Of a DNA stretch of 64,000 nt, positions 25,664-39,805 are shown piece by piece. The notes under the pieces are model-generated. The model made no database searches, was not told the DNA's origin, and saw only the letters and a program-made list of their open reading frames with translations. Source of the stretch: Takakia lepidozioides (taxonomy: Eukaryota; Plantae; Bryophyta); assembly GCA_030704615.1 (NCBI GenBank), contig CM060733.1, forward strand, positions 24,304,001 through 24,368,000, given 5' to 3'. Made by a program: the position numbers and the translations under genes. Position 1 is the stretch's first letter. Each line of letters opens with the position of its first letter.

Positions 25664-27119
25664 TGCATGTAGGCATGGTCTTCCTTGGGTCTGATTCTAA
25701 CCCAGGCAAATTGGCATTTACTTCTCTGTTATCTTTCACCTTTAGAAGGTTTTTCTTCCCCCACTGATCTTGAGGATTGGCATTTGAGTCTGGAGCTTTG
25801 TTGGGGCTGTGAAAGGAACATGACAGCAGGGGAAAAGGGAAAAGATCATGCAGAGGTATTGCTTATGTTTTAGCAAGGCAATTTGTGGAAAAAAAGTGCA
25901 ATGTGGAAGCTGGTTGTGTAAAGGGTGTATTGGATCAGTCTGTTGGTTGGCTGAGAATTTTGGTTGTTCTTTAAGTTCGCAAAGCCAAATGATGGAATGT
26001 TTCTTTTATGAATGGCCGGTGGTAGCTTGTATGTTGAATCCCATCCATTAATGACTCTCAACAGCTGTGTACTCTACAATCAAACTGCCAATGGGGGAGT
26101 GTGAGGAGCATACTTTGATGGAAATGTACATGAGTGCGAGGTTTTATCCGCAAATCAGTTCCTAGCACAGAGTCTCTGTAGGTTGCTATGCGGCTCAATG
26201 AAGAGGCTTTCAACAGAAAGAGCTGACAGGTGAAATACAGCCTACAGTTTAGATTGGAGAGAGTATGTTCGGAAGAGAGGTCTTGCTGATTGATTCTGCT
26301 TGATTAAGTGTCTGTGTGATTAATCTTGGTAGGGCTTAAAACCCCCAGGATATAACATCACTCCTCGAAATTTTCTCACAACTTGGTAATGGTTGTGGAT
26401 CTAACAAGTAGGCTCCTCAGGGTTGACTTGGACCAAAGACTTATGCATCAAGCACCTACCCCTAAATTTAGCAGTTTAGTGTTTGTAATGACTGCAAAAT
26501 TGGGAACCCTGGTGGATTTACTAAGTAACCTCTCCACTTGAGGCCAATAGAGGGGATAGATGTTTATATGTGCTTGTGATGTTGGATTTTACCCAGTCAC
26601 TACAATTAAACCCACCTCCTTGTAGTGGCTCATCCTCAGCTATGGGAACACTCTAGCTCAACAATCTAGGCACAAAATCTTCAACTGCCATAGATGCAAG
26701 ATTCTTTTTGGTCTGCACTCTGAAGACAACCCTGTAGGAAGTTCTGCATGATTGAGTGCTGCTGTCCAATAATCACACTTAAACCATGATCACAGCTCTC
26801 CGAAAAATCAGTTTTGAATACTGCATGAATTTGGCCTGCAAAAAATTGATAAATTATGACTCGGACGTTTCTCCCGTCCAACCCACATCGCCCGCTTGAC
26901 AAAAGTTGGCAACAAAGACATCATCGTTCCCAACGCCTTTTGAGAAGGCGCCAGGATCTGTAAGGGCGCAGCTTTCCTTTGAAACCTCAATTTTTTTTTT
27001 CTTCTTTTTAAAAATCTTGCCCAAGAGTCCTCTGCGCGCCTGCTGGTGCTGGCTAAACCACTGCACTCGTGTTTGGGCCAGGGCACTTTCATTTACACAC
27101 GTATGTGTCTTGTTTCACC

Positions 27120-27501
27120 TGTGGACATTGCCCATCTTGCTGAAAGCAGTGGCATCCTGCACAAAAATTGAAGCCAACCTGTGAGATAAACCGGACGGCA
27201 GAGTGGAGGTCATCAGAACCTAAAAGATTCTTGATGACATGGATAGGTGTCTGTATAAGGGCACAAGAGTACCAGCCAGTGTCTCAACGTGGTGGCAAAG
27301 AGAAAATTTCCTTATCTCACCTCCACACCAAAGCATGAGTCAGTCTCTACAGTTCAACATTGATGCACTGAATCTGTGGATGCAATTTCTACTAAATAGA
27401 TGTATGCCGACCTGCATCAACCTCCATGCAGGAGCACACTGGCACTCGTCTTCCATCATTTTTCTCACTTTTGCAGTATCATCCCACCTGCTGGCTGCAG
27501 C
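27120..27501 (-). pseudogene. Decayed E2/DYW deaminase domain downstream of the PPR stop codon
   Basis: After the TAG: AAASRWDDTAKVRKMM, then frameshifted SLCHHVETLA, PIHVIKNL, DDLHSAVRFISQV, IFVQDA remnants collinear with DYW domains. Confidence 0.75.
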
Positions 27502-29364
27502 CTAGACATTTGATAGTAGCAGATAAGCATCCTGTGGATCCCATTTGAGAAGGCATTTTCCCGCACGTTCTGCCACCTCCACATTGCCATGCATTCTGCC
27601 AGCACCAAGCAAGGCCCCCCACACTGTAGCATCTGGTTCAATGGGCATTTTGTTGATCAAGTCCTCTGCCTCATCTAACCGCCCTGCATGGCCAAGAAGG
27701 TTCACCATGCAGCCAAAATGCTCCATTGCAGGAGTTACACCATGATCTCGACTCATGGAATCAAAGTAGTGACGGCCTTCATCCACTAGGCCCACATGGC
27801 TACACGCCGAAAGAACAAATGTAAAGGTGATGCTGTTTGGCTTCAAGCCTTCCTTTTGCATTTGTTCAAATAGTCGGAGGGTTTCCCCACCACACCCATG
27901 CTGAGCATATCCTGCGAGCATCACACTCCATGAGACCACATCTCTTTCAGCCATACTGTCAAACACCTGACGTGCCACCTTCATCTTTCCGCACTTGGCA
28001 TACATCTCAACAAGGGCAGTCTCCAGAATGATATCCGGGGCAATTCCAGCTTTGATGATGTACGCATGGATCTCTTTACCTCTTTCCACGGCTGCCAGGC
28101 CGGCACAGGCATTGAGAATGGAAATAAATGTGACCTTGTTGGGCATCACCCCTTCCAGTATCATTTGCTCATACATATCGAAAGCCTCTCTGCCAAACCC
28201 ACACTGAGCATATCCTGCAATCATTGTGCTCCATGACACCACGTCTCGCCTAGCAATGTTGTCAAACACTCGACGAGCATACATTATGCTCCCACATTTG
28301 GCATACATGTCAACAAGGGTATTCTCCAGAGTAATATCTGGAGCAATTCCAACTTTCCGGATATCAGCATGGACATCTTTGCCCTTTTCCAGAGCTCCGA
28401 CGCTGGCACATGCATTGAGAACACAAATGAAAGTGATTTTATTGGGAGTCACCCCTTTCAATATCATCTGCTCATAGATCTCCAAAGCCTCCCTACCACA
28501 CCCATGCTGAGCATATCCGGCTACCATCACACTCCATGAGACCACATTTCGTTCAGCCATATTGTTGAACACCTGACGTGCATCATTCATGTTCCCACAC
28601 TTAGCATACATGCCAGCAAGGGCAGTCTCAAGAATGATATCTGGTGTGATTCCAGATTTAATGATGTGAGCATGGACCTCTTTCCCCTTCTCCACAGCTC
28701 CTATACTTGCACATGCCTTGAGAGCGCAAATGAATGAGACTCTGTTGGGAACCATGCCTTCCTGTATCATCTGGTGATAGATCTGAAATGCCTCCCCACC
28801 ACACCCATGCTGAGCATATCCTGCCATCATTATAGTCCACGTGAACACATTTCGTTCAGGCATTTTGTCAAACACTAGGCGTGCATCCACTAAGCTTCCA
28901 CACTTCACATACATGTTGATAAGAGTGTTGAGTAGAAAGATTTGTGGGTTGTAACCACTCTGGACAATGTGGGTGTGCACCTGCTTTCCCATTTCGAGGT
29001 TTTCAATTTTGATGCATTCCTTTAAAAGACAAATATAGGTATTGGATTCTGCCAAAATGCCTTGATTGTTCAAAATGTGCAGCGCCTCTCTCAGTCTCCC
29101 TGCCCTAGATAGTTTCCTTATATCCCCACAAGAGCCAGATGAGTTCTTGTTGACTCCATCACCAGATTGAGCTCCAAGCCGTATTAGGACAGTCCGTGCT
29201 GCTTCCACCCAAGGAGGGTTTGAGCAATCTTCAATGCCAAGGGCCTTGCTGGCAGGCATACCTGTTAATTCTGGTGATCTTGGACATGTCTGTGAATACC
29301 ACCAATGGGCAGCTGAGATAGGGCCACAGCCTCTCAAAAACCGGGAGACTCTCATCAGAAACAT
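27502..29364 (-). CDS. PLS-class PPR protein ending inside the E2 motif (620 aa)
   Basis: Intronless ORF with L-S-P triplets, P2-L2-S2 (EHFGCMVNLLGHAG), E1, then YLLLSNV-stop. Confidence 0.9.
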   Translation of the reverse strand: MFLMRVSRFLRGCGPISAAHWWYSQTCPRSPELTGMPASKALGIEDCSNPPWVEAARTVLIRLGAQSGDGVNKNSSGSCGDIRKLSRAGRLREALHILNNQGILAESNTYICLLKECIKIENLEMGKQVHTHIVQSGYNPQIFLLNTLINMYVKCGSLVDARLVFDKMPERNVFTWTIMMAGYAQHGCGGEAFQIYHQMIQEGMVPNRVSFICALKACASIGAVEKGKEVHAHIIKSGITPDIILETALAGMYAKCGNMNDARQVFNNMAERNVVSWSVMVAGYAQHGCGREALEIYEQMILKGVTPNKITFICVLNACASVGALEKGKDVHADIRKVGIAPDITLENTLVDMYAKCGSIMYARRVFDNIARRDVVSWSTMIAGYAQCGFGREAFDMYEQMILEGVMPNKVTFISILNACAGLAAVERGKEIHAYIIKAGIAPDIILETALVEMYAKCGKMKVARQVFDSMAERDVVSWSVMLAGYAQHGCGGETLRLFEQMQKEGLKPNSITFTFVLSACSHVGLVDEGRHYFDSMSRDHGVTPAMEHFGCMVNLLGHAGRLDEAEDLINKMPIEPDATVWGALLGAGRMHGNVEVAERAGKCLLKWDPQDAYLLLSNV

Positions 29365-30181
29365 CCAAACATCCTTGAATTAACAGGGGACGACCTTTGA
29401 CATCATATAGTGCTAGCAACAATAAGGACCGCTGAGAAAAAACGAGATATCTTGCTGATTGAAGGACTGGAACTACAACCCAGTTCACGAAATATCATCA
29501 TGCCAGCACAAGACCTACTCATGTCCTAAATGAAGCTACCACTACTTCATAAAACCTGTTGTCCCAGCACTCTGAGAAGAACTCCTGGCAGAGTCATTAT
29601 TTGCTCTTTGCTTGCATCTAATTCATCGACTTTGGTCTTCTGCTACATAGAACCAAATGCCTTGCCCTCATTAAGGCAAGGCTGGAGATTGAGACTGGAG
29701 TATGTCTTCATCTGCTGTCCTCTCTCTAGGGTCACTACTTTCACCATTTTACAAACAGCCACTCTTGACAGAAAATCTTTCTTTAAGAGGACGAGAGATG
29801 CCTTGCAGCATGCTCTCCACATGAGGGACTCACTCAAGTTGAATTGTAACTTCATGGTTGTAGTGGCTGGTTGTTGCAGACCCCACTGTTCTGTTCTGTT
29901 TTCTCCTCTCCTTTGTCCCATCAGCTCTTTGAGCTTCCTGTGGACATTGTTAGGTTCCTTTCTTTCTTTCTTTCTCTCCCTCACTCCTTCCCCCTCCTTG
30001 TGGAGGTTATGAGGTCCTTTCCTATTTTGTTTCTCCGCAAATGCATAATGCATTACGGTCCAACATGACATGCATGTAATTCAACATAGTGAACCACAGA
30101 GAGAGAGAGAGGTGAAGAAGCAAATGTTCTGAGGACATTGAGTTCCGTCATTCTGGCCCTCTTTGCAGCCTTTGTGCCCCT

Positions 30182-32330
30182 CTACAATTTCATTTGGAGT
30201 TCCTGGTGAGGTTGAAGGTCAACGAAGGTAACACCAACCTTGGCACCTCTTTGAGAAATGTCGCCTCTGTAAGAGTCCACAGCCACAAGTTCTTCATGAA
30301 ACCCGTCTCTTTTCTTCACATGGTGGTGTATGCTCTGAGCCAGCTGATCCCAAATCTCCAAATCCAACCTGCCATTCCGACCGTCTCTGTAGCAAGATCA
30401 TTCACACCTTTGCTGACAAATCATCTGCCAAACAACAACTACAACATCCCAATGCTAATTGTCCTTTCTACTGACTTAAACTTGTACATTTTGAGCATTC
30501 CTGGTGGGTACACACCTGGGACTGCTGATCACACCGACAATTGCATGAGCTACATGGATGCCTCGCAGTTGGTATTCCCGTGCCAATAACTGCGCAAGTG
30601 CTCTCAACGCAAATTTTCCACAAGCTGCACAAGTTCATACAGACAATTCAAATCCCCACTCATAAGAGGATGCAACAGAGTGACTATCAAGAAGATACCA
30701 CTATATTAAGCCCACACAGACATCAAATGACACATGATGCACTTAGTTATGCTAGGAGCTTCTCAAGCCCTGCCCTGGTCTTCAAGAAACCCTAGCACTG
30801 GGGGATCAGGACCCTGCCAACAAAATCTACCTGTCACTTTCCCAGCAAAGAAAATGTACTCATAAGACGTTGTTTTCCATAGCCTTGTGGCCATAGACCT
30901 GGGCAGAACAAAAGGGAACAGATACTACCTCTGTGAGGGGCTCAATCCGGTAGTGTGACTTACCTTGATAAAGACAGGGCTGAAAGAAATAGGGGAAGAC
31001 AGAGGGCAAACCATGGGGATCCTGCCCCATTCTGACATAACACACAAACTCTTTCAAATTTCTTTGACACCATTGATGGACTGCCTGAAGGGCTAAGAAA
31101 GAAAATGGACCTGCTGAACACATTGAAAGGTGGCACCACCAATGACCGTTCGAAAGATTGTGCACTGATGTCAGGCCGTGTTTGTGTTGTAGACCTGCAC
31201 ACCAACTAATATGAACGTCAGCACAACTGTTATTCATTAAAGCCTCTTACCAGGCACCCCATGTCACCATCTTCTAACAGATCAATACCCTGCTTTCCCG
31301 CTATTCTGCTTCCTCCAAAACTGTAACCTGTGAAATCTACATCAATGAGTACACAAACCAAAATAAGCAAAGGAACAGGGTGGGAGTCCAATGCCAAGAC
31401 ATCAGCCACCTTAAAGTTAATATCCAGCCCCCAATCGTTACCTAGAAACAGTAGAGGACGCCTTCAGGTTCCTTCATCACTGGTGTGCTTCAATGACCCT
31501 CCCTTTTCACAGCAGAGGGTAAGGGTTCTGATATATAGGCACGCACATGGGCTTCGACAGAGCCCGGCGAGTTGACAGCCTCAAAAGCCTCCCTCACCGA
31601 CTTAGCATGAGCACAGTCAATACGAATGGCGTAAACCTGTGCCGCACTCTCCTTCTCCACTGTTTCCTCCGCCAGCTTCATCAGCTTCAACCAACAAGGC
31701 ATGCACATCCATTGATGTCAAAGAAGGTAACACAGCCACGAAGCCATGACTTGCCACCATGAACGTGCCCTCACTTGCCGCTAGAAATAACCGCCGGTGA
31801 ACATCCATCGAGCAGATGCCAGGATTGATCAGTTCTGGGCCCCAGGGTTCACAGGCAATGGCAACACACCTGCAGGACGAAATTCGGTTTGAGCGGACAT
31901 AGTTCAGGGTCACTTGGAGGAACATTGCATGAGAGCTTTCTGAAGCCCTCTCTACATCAGGCTTTATGGACGACACGAATGACCATTGGGATCTACAAGA
32001 ATCGCGATTATCGAGAAGGACATTTCAACATCTCTAATCTGTACAAATCCTTACAATTAAGCGAACCCCCACTCCGTTTACTTCAGTTTTTTTCTGTAAT
32101 TGTCCAAACCAAAGAGAAACTGACAGACGGTGATCACAGACCCAGATCACAGGCGAGAATGACAACGGCGAAACGCTCTCGGGCAAAGCGTCGGTTGAAC
32201 ATTTTTCGAAATGGGCAATGACTTGAGCAAATCCAGAGTTTGTGGCAAACGAAAAAACGGAACCTCCACCTACAGAAAGGACCGTAAGAAGAATGCCTGC
32301 AGCAGCACTACTTTGGTTGCCAAGAAACAT
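30182..32330 (-). pseudogene. Short-chain dehydrogenase/reductase, multi-exon, diverged or pseudogenised
   Basis: RRFARERFAVVILACDL; AQVYAIRIDCAHAKSVREAFEAV; SFERSLVV; CGKFALRALAQLLAREYQLRGIHVAHAI; nucleotide-binding start and middle exon look broken. Confidence 0.7.
30878..30967. repeat. Dispersed intronic repeat; further copies at ~36530-36630 and partial at ~36899-36925
   Basis: tgtggccatagac...gaacaaaagggaacaga.actacct.t.tgagggg...ggtagtg..acttaccttg shared. Confidence 0.75.
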
Positions 32331-32343
32331 GCAGTATCTAGGA

Positions 32344-32640
32344 TCATGGTGGTCTAATCACACACAGTTTCTTCTTAGCTCGGCTCACCTCCCTCGGTTC
32401 GTCTTCAATCTTTGCAATGAGGGTGAAAAGAATGTCATCTCCTGCTTTGATACTTTTGTAGGCCAAAAATTCACAAAAACCTGTCCTGAAGCCCAATCCT
32501 CTGTTGCATCCCACACGAAGCTGGCAGACATGGCCAGTTGGCCCTTGCAGGGTAACTGTATCTTTAATCTTGTAGCTGTAGTCCTCCATGAACATGGGAA
32601 GGGTTCGCCGTGACTTTGCCAGCATCCTCAAACAGAAATG
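32344..32640 (-). pseudogene. B3 DNA-binding domain (REM-like) fragment
   Basis: LPMFMEDYSYKIKDTVTLQGPTGHVCQLRV...GFCEFLAYKSIKAGDDILFTL; no clear complete gene. Confidence 0.6.
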
Positions 32641-33431
32641 TTTGATGCATCACCACCTTTTCTGGAGTTTTAGCACTTGCCATACAACTCACAGTGTGTC
32701 TCACATTGGGTACCGAGATAGTCTTCACTTTTTTCAATCCTGCTATAATTGTTTACTTGTCAAAGACCATCTCCATATCTATACTATGAAGTATCTTCCA
32801 AAATTCCTAAGAGAATACATTGTATCTTGCACTCCCTTTGTTTTCCTTGTATCATACTTCCCGTTGACCCATAAGATCTGACATTACGAAGTTTCCTTAG
32901 CTTCCGTAGGACTACAAACCCACCGCTGAAAGCAAGTGCCTGCACTGTCACAGACACGAAACGTCTAAGAAAGCGCAAATTGTGTTGAACGACAACTTCA
33001 GTCAAAATATGAGCATGGAATTTCCAGCAGAATGGCATCTTTGAAGTCCCATACAATCCCCCCAGTGATGTTGATCCCCAAGTAATTCATCGGTACTACA
33101 GGTGCAAGAGTAACTTTAGTACTGTACTGTATTGACTATAGTACTGTACTTTGTAGAATAGTTGTCCTTGTTTCAAAATCTGAAGGCCATGCCACCACAA
33201 GTTTTGGTGTTGCATGTGGATTCCCTAAGAGAAAATCTCCTGTTTGGAGAAAGATACTAAGTGGAGTAATTCAAGTGGATGCTGAGAACATACTCAGCAT
33301 ATTGCAGGTTAATGGTAATTTGAGGAGATTACTTAAATAAACTTTGCTAGCTTAGGAGTGGAAGGCTTGTGCTCCCTGATCCTCCCAACAAATTTGACAC
33401 AACTCTGCGTTGTAAAAAGACGGCAAAGGTG

Positions 33432-36400
33432 TCAATGAAGAGCTTCTGTGAACTTGAGGACACAGTCGTAGAGGCGACCCCCGAGAAATTCAGCAACCTC
33501 CTTATGTTTCACCTGCAAGAAACAGCATTTTGAAGTCATTTGGTTTGAAATTCGGAGTATATGTTCATTCAGACAACATGGGAGCACAATATTGGGATCC
33601 ATCACCAGAACCTGACTTGAAAATGCCTCTTGCAACCAGGTACTGTATCATGAAGGGGGGGATGCAACAAGCTTTGTCAAACTCCTAGTAGTCACAGTAG
33701 GCTATCGGAACCAAGGGAGGAGTGTGATCCGTACAGATTCTGCCACTTCCACCATTTAATGTGTACAATAGTTGCAGGTAGTTAAGCACATACATACCAT
33801 TTGATCCAAATTCACTGAAGCCTCTTTCAACCTCTTCGTACCTCTGTTTCATTCATCTTTTGTGAATGAGCTTGGACACTTAAGTCTGCTAACAGCCCTA
33901 AGAGCTAGTATGTCAAGGAAGTTTCATTCTTTGATTTCCCAAAGAATTTTCCAGATTCTGATATGAAGTCTGTATCCGGAAAGCATCCAGCATTGCTTAC
34001 CATTCCAACCTTGAGTGAGTCACAGCTGAAAAGAGCATAAAGATTTGTTTCAATGCTTCGCCCCTGAAAGGCAACCCCCCGCTTTTGGGTCAACAAGTTG
34101 TTAAAAGAACTAATGAGCGCCAGAAATGTGTGAACAACCACATGCAAAGTGCTAGCTACTTCCGTTGACAACATCCTACTTTCTGGAAAAGAAACGCGCA
34201 TCCAAAATTTCATGGGGACATCAATAGACCTAGACAGCAGGGCCATCAGAAGATGACACACAAATGTAGATGGCCTATGCATGGGTTGTTGCAATCAAGC
34301 TTAGTCATTGGGTCCATAACTCTACAAGAATTGTGATCTCTCAAAGAGATAAACCCAAATTCACAGCATTGTTTCATGCAACAGTATAACTGACAGTCAC
34401 ATATCAGTTCTTGGTTCTGTCTAATCAAGAACATGTGCTCCAATAAATGGTTTATGTCCTCAATGTAAGATGCAAGTTCTAGCTAAGCAAAAGTGATGTT
34501 CTCTTACCATGCCTTCCAGTATCACCAGATCAGCATCCTCTGCAGCATATGCTAGCTCCGGGGATATGCACGTCAGATCAATAACCTGCATCCCTCGCAA
34601 CAGTGATATGACCATCCACCACAAACTACAGCATATACCTCTACAATGCCTTGAACGTGAGTCAGTTCTACGATCTGAATCCATGGATAGGAGGTCCACA
34701 TGGGAGTTATCCATTCCCCTACTTTTATCCATGAAAAGAAAGCCAGAAGAAAAACGGCTTACTGGTAAATCGCTTCCAGAGTTGACTACCATGAGCTGTT
34801 GAGCGTCTACTCCCAGTATTTTCTCCTTCCCATCTTCTGTCACATCCTTTATCTGGACTCGACCATTTAACCCCTGTCAGACTCTAGATGCAGAAAGGAT
34901 CATACAAGAAAAACTGTTCTCTTTATTTTTTGCAGAGCGCTGAAAGGAGAGGAGAGGGAGAATTGGGTGGATGAGAGAGAGACTAGTGAGGGACAAGAGG
35001 TGAAGAGGGAGGGGAACCTCCTCCTCTACCACCCCCAAGCTACAGCAGAAAAATTTACAACTTAAGGTATGGTACACAAGCAAAGTGCTCATGACAATCT
35101 CCCCAGACATGCACAAATGCAGACAAACCTTCGAGACAATCTGCACCAGTTCCCCGTACGTAATATCATTAATAGATGGCATGTCGTTCGCAGCTAATAC
35201 CACCTGTACAGATTGACATAAAATGAGAGATCCTTCTCCACGACATATCAAAAGATATAGCATCACCTACACAATCGTGTTCAAGTGCTTATATGATACC
35301 AAGGTCAAAATTATTAGATCATCCCACCTCCAAACCATAGAAATCCCTGTCACTGATCAAATAGTTTTGCCCATCACAAACCACCTTCTGAAAAAGTGGC
35401 AGATGTTGCTACATAGATGCACCCATGCCCACAATAACATGCACAAGAGGAGATAATGACATAGACCAGCTCAGTGACCATTAGAGTCAATTCTCTATAC
35501 CCGCATCCACAATATAGAGTATACTCATAAAAGTCTTGTGCCACTCAAAACCAGACCTTTGTACCTCGTCGGAGAAGCTCCCGGGCAAACGGTAAAATGC
35601 CAAGCACAACATCTGTGCCTGCATTATCCACAAATATGATGGCCTGTTGCACAGAGAGTAAATCAGTTGGCAGTAGCATCGAACACAGGCAGAACCAACA
35701 ATCTTGGAAGGAGCAACTCCATGATGATTCAGAGTGAAACATTTAAAGCATTGCACCTTTTTCCATGGCTTGCGTAACCACCTCATTTTGAACTGATCCA
35801 AATCGTCAATGACCCAAGGCCGTGGTAATAGTTTCTCAAAACTATCCTGAAAGGTCATTCCTGAGCTCGCATAGATTTCTGCAAGCTTTTCAGACACATG
35901 GGCAGTGGCAGTAGTACACTTTTTAGAATTTTCTGATATTGAGTTGGTTTTGGTCTCAACAGTATCTTACACCCTAACCAATTAGAAGACGATATATGTC
36001 CACACTTTCTAGCATATTATAGAAAGAAAATAAGAGGCATTTGTTCTGTGTCTTCCCCCTTCTTTTTAAACAAGGGTCGGTCTACAGAGCGGACATATAT
36101 CCAGTAAAATAGGTAACCAACTACCACTAAGCTCTTTGACATATCTGCTCACTTATTTGCAGACAGCATTGGAAGATCTGTTTGCAAACACTTCAGAAGA
36201 AAGAACGAAAGCAAACCTGTGACGCCCCCAAGTCAAAAATGTTTCCAGAAAAGATTCCTTTGACCAGAAACTCCAGGCGCTCTCCATCGTCCTTGATGGC
36301 ATCCATTGTGCCCACCACGTGCTCCAACATGGCAATGGCTTTTGCATTCTCCTCATCCTTGCACAGTACATTGGAGAAAAGTTTCCTCAATGTGAGATAA

Positions 36401-39323
36401 AAAGAATGTGAAGTAACTGGCAGAATGCTAGCAGAACAAGATTAAGAAATTTATTATAAGTAGGAGACAACAATAAAATAACGACCCGTTAAGAGAAAAA
36501 AGAATGCACTCATAAAGACGTTGTATGCTGTAGCTATGTGGCCATAGACCCCGTGCCCAATTTGGGCGGAACAAAAGGGAACAGACACTACCTTTATGAG
36601 GGGATCACTCTGGTAGTGGAACTTACCTTGGTTTAAGCAATTAGTTCCAGATATCCTCTAGAAAGCCCTTCACACAAGGATCAATCTGCTGTGTGTGAGC
36701 TGCCCAGTAATTAGCACCCAACAGGGCCAGGGCTTTAGGAGCAGCCTTGAGGTTTTCAAAGTTGGTGAACAGAGGTGCAGAAACAATGTTCTTGATGTTC
36801 CTGAAGAGGGTCAGTCTCTGGCGAGAATACCCTGGACAATGTAGAGTAAGATAAAAGAGAGGGAGAGAGAGAGTAAGATTTACTGATACGACCTGCTTGC
36901 CATAGCCTTGTGGCCATAGATCCACACATAGAGACAGAGCCGCTTCATAGGAGGGTTGGCAGGGTATGGTTGTTAGGTACCTTAATCTTCCTGTAAATGT
37001 CAAAAAAACCAACTTCTCGAAGGCAAATGTCCCGAAGCCTGCAAAGAAGCTACACCAGCCACAAGCAATGAGATTTACTGGTGTTCATATTCAAGGGACT
37101 CTCGAGGACAAGATCAGTCACAATGCAACCCTTAACTAATCATGGGAGGCCTAGCGAAGAGGAGATAAGTAATCACCACAAGAAGACGACCATCTTAACT
37201 CTGAGATGGCAAGGACACAGTCATACTTTCTATTTGATTTATGCATATTGAAAGGCTGATCATCCGTATCTTATGGAGACTTCTTATGCCAACACCTTGG
37301 AAACTCAGATTATGACCCTGTGCTGTAGACCCCTCCACGGTTGATGGACCATCTGGCCTGTCAATAAATGCTGTGCTCACTCACATTCTCTTCTAGTCTG
37401 TAAAGGAGTTATGTCATAAAACTCACAGTAGCAGTTCTAGTGTTAAAAGTGACTGCAGAACACACCCAAAACCAACAAAATGAAGGGAAGTTTCAGTAAC
37501 CTGGCAAGTCCAGACAGTTTTTATGATGACAAAAGATGGACACTTGACAAACAGATGGGAGAGAGAACCGTTGCAGCACTTACAATGCAGTCAGGGGGGC
37601 CCACATGGCTCTCAGGATTGGCCTGTATATCATTCAGTATTGCTCCATATCTACAAGCACAAAAACCACAACAGGCAATTTTGGAGCAAATTAGAGACAG
37701 CTTACACATGACACCCACATGCTCCTTTCCCAGGATTGCTGCCCTTCCTATTTCTATGCAAGGACATGTAGAGAACATCACTAGCTTCTCAACCCTCCAA
37801 ACATGGCAAGTAACCAGATATCTTGTAAAATCCATCACAAGAACAAATCAACACTTGCATCATGAAAAGAGAGAAAGGACACAAACCTTTCTGCAAACTT
37901 GGCAGCTTTGGCAGGAGCATCTGGTACACTTCCATCCTGCTCTGCCTGTTTCCTACACCAGCACACCAGCCCTCCAGGAGGGCAACACTATCCTTAATTG
38001 TGTTTCTATCCAAGGGGGCAACCCCCTGCTTCTCATCACAAATACCTGTAGCATGAATTCATGAAAGGATCTATCCGACCTGTGCTGTTGCATATATACC
38101 CACATAAGGACAATCAAAGAAGAAACTCAACCCAAGCTGTATGCATCCATTGTTTCTTAAGAATCTATCTCTTTCATGACAATAGGCACCCCTCTATACA
38201 CGTTTACAGCCGTAACTTTGTCTTTGACTCAAACTTTCCCCCCATGCAAATCAAAACTTCCAAGACCACAATTGCCCTAATTTGAGGAAGTACTGGGAAC
38301 AAGTAATTTTCTTTTTGAAGCATTCAAGAGAACTCTGACAAAATGGCTAAAACAGGTAGCTGAAGGGTGGTCAAAACGGAATTTCTCTAAAACTAGCAAG
38401 CTTGGACTTGCAGACATCAGATTTCTGCACAGAGCAGGGTGACCCGAGAGTTTGGATATTGTGGACAAAATTCTGAGCAAGATAGGTGCTGGGAGTTCTT
38501 GTCACAAGAATCCTCAATGTAATTCAATAACTTAAGTTGGTGGAGTATTTTAACAGCAAATGTGACCCAGTTAAATTTACCCTGGTCTGTTGAATGCATA
38601 AAAGCAGCCAAGTCACAGCTCTATAGTCTACTTCAGTTAACCAGGGGCAGAGTAGCAGATCCAAATATGCCAGGAGAAGAACTCGTCTAAAAAGCCCTCT
38701 GCATCTACAAAAAGAGTTGAATGTTTGCTATATCACTGACACTTAACCACTAATCTTACACAATATCTGCTGTTACTTCTACAGATATCCAAGCAACGAT
38801 CAGACCAGCCGAAAAATATCCGTGGCGACAGACTCAAACATGAAGCTTCCAAATTTACTTTGGAATCATATGAGCTCGGAAAAGGATATTTCAATCCTTC
38901 AGCGGCGTCACCGAACCCGTTTTGTTGCAATTTGAATCAGTATATGGGACTAGGCTAGGCAAGGAGTCTCATTGCATCATGCATGAACCTACTGAAATTT
39001 CCTCTGCGTCGATTATGAATGCAATTCTGCAACAGGATCACAAAATCCCTTCATACAAGCGTGATGTCCACCAAAGAAAAATAAATGAAAAAAACTTAAT
39101 TTTGCATCCATTTTCATCAGCAGCAAATAACACGACACAAAGAGCGGAAATACCTAAAGGAAGGAATCGACTTGCGAAAGAGCTCAAGCCATAGAAGCTC
39201 AGTACGAGTGGCAATGTGAGGGGGATCCGAGGGAATCGGGTAGGGTATAGTGCAAGGTCTGTAGATGTAGTCTACCCACTGCTTCAACAGCGGAAACGTC
39301 ACAGGCTCCGACGTGCTTTCCAT
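33432..39323 (-). CDS. DUF89/ARMT1-like damage-control phosphatase (At2g17340-like), 12 exons
   Basis: [11 protein letters not shown]|LLCRLRD; DEENAKA; [11 protein letters not shown]; RPWVIDDLD; [22 protein letters not shown]; [10 protein letters not shown]; DLVILEGM|GRSIETN; GGRLYDCV. Confidence 0.93.
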
Positions 39324-39805
39324 GCTTTCCCGCGCTCTCAGCTCACAAGTTTTGCTCCCAATTCGTGGATCATAGATGGTTTAAAGAGCTTCGCTGGAGC
39401 ATCCCCTGGTTTCCTGACGACAGGATCTCAACCTTTACAGGTAGACGAGCGAGACGACTACGTCGTGTTGTACTTAACACACCTCTACCTTCTGTTTCAC
39501 CGTCGATATACGTTACCGTCCCCAATCCAACGGTAATCAAGTGGTAGCGTGATCGGAATAAAGCATAGACCGAACCGGATATCCTTATTCTGAACGCTGT
39601 GAGAATAGGTCTGGAGCTCAAATTCCCTCTCTCTCTCTCTCTCTCCAAGAAATTTAATACCCACACTAATGTAAACAAGCGGCTCGTCGCCCCCTAATTA
39701 TTAATTACATTATTAATTAATATCAAATAATATAATTAGGTAATTTAAAAGCAATATAGGTACACAATGATGGATCTCATGTGGCTATTTCCATAAGCCG
39801 GTAAG

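Noticed and set aside
27120-27501. DYW:KP (U-to-C) domain
   Set aside because: Too decayed; surviving residues fit an ordinary DYW and no KP motif is visible
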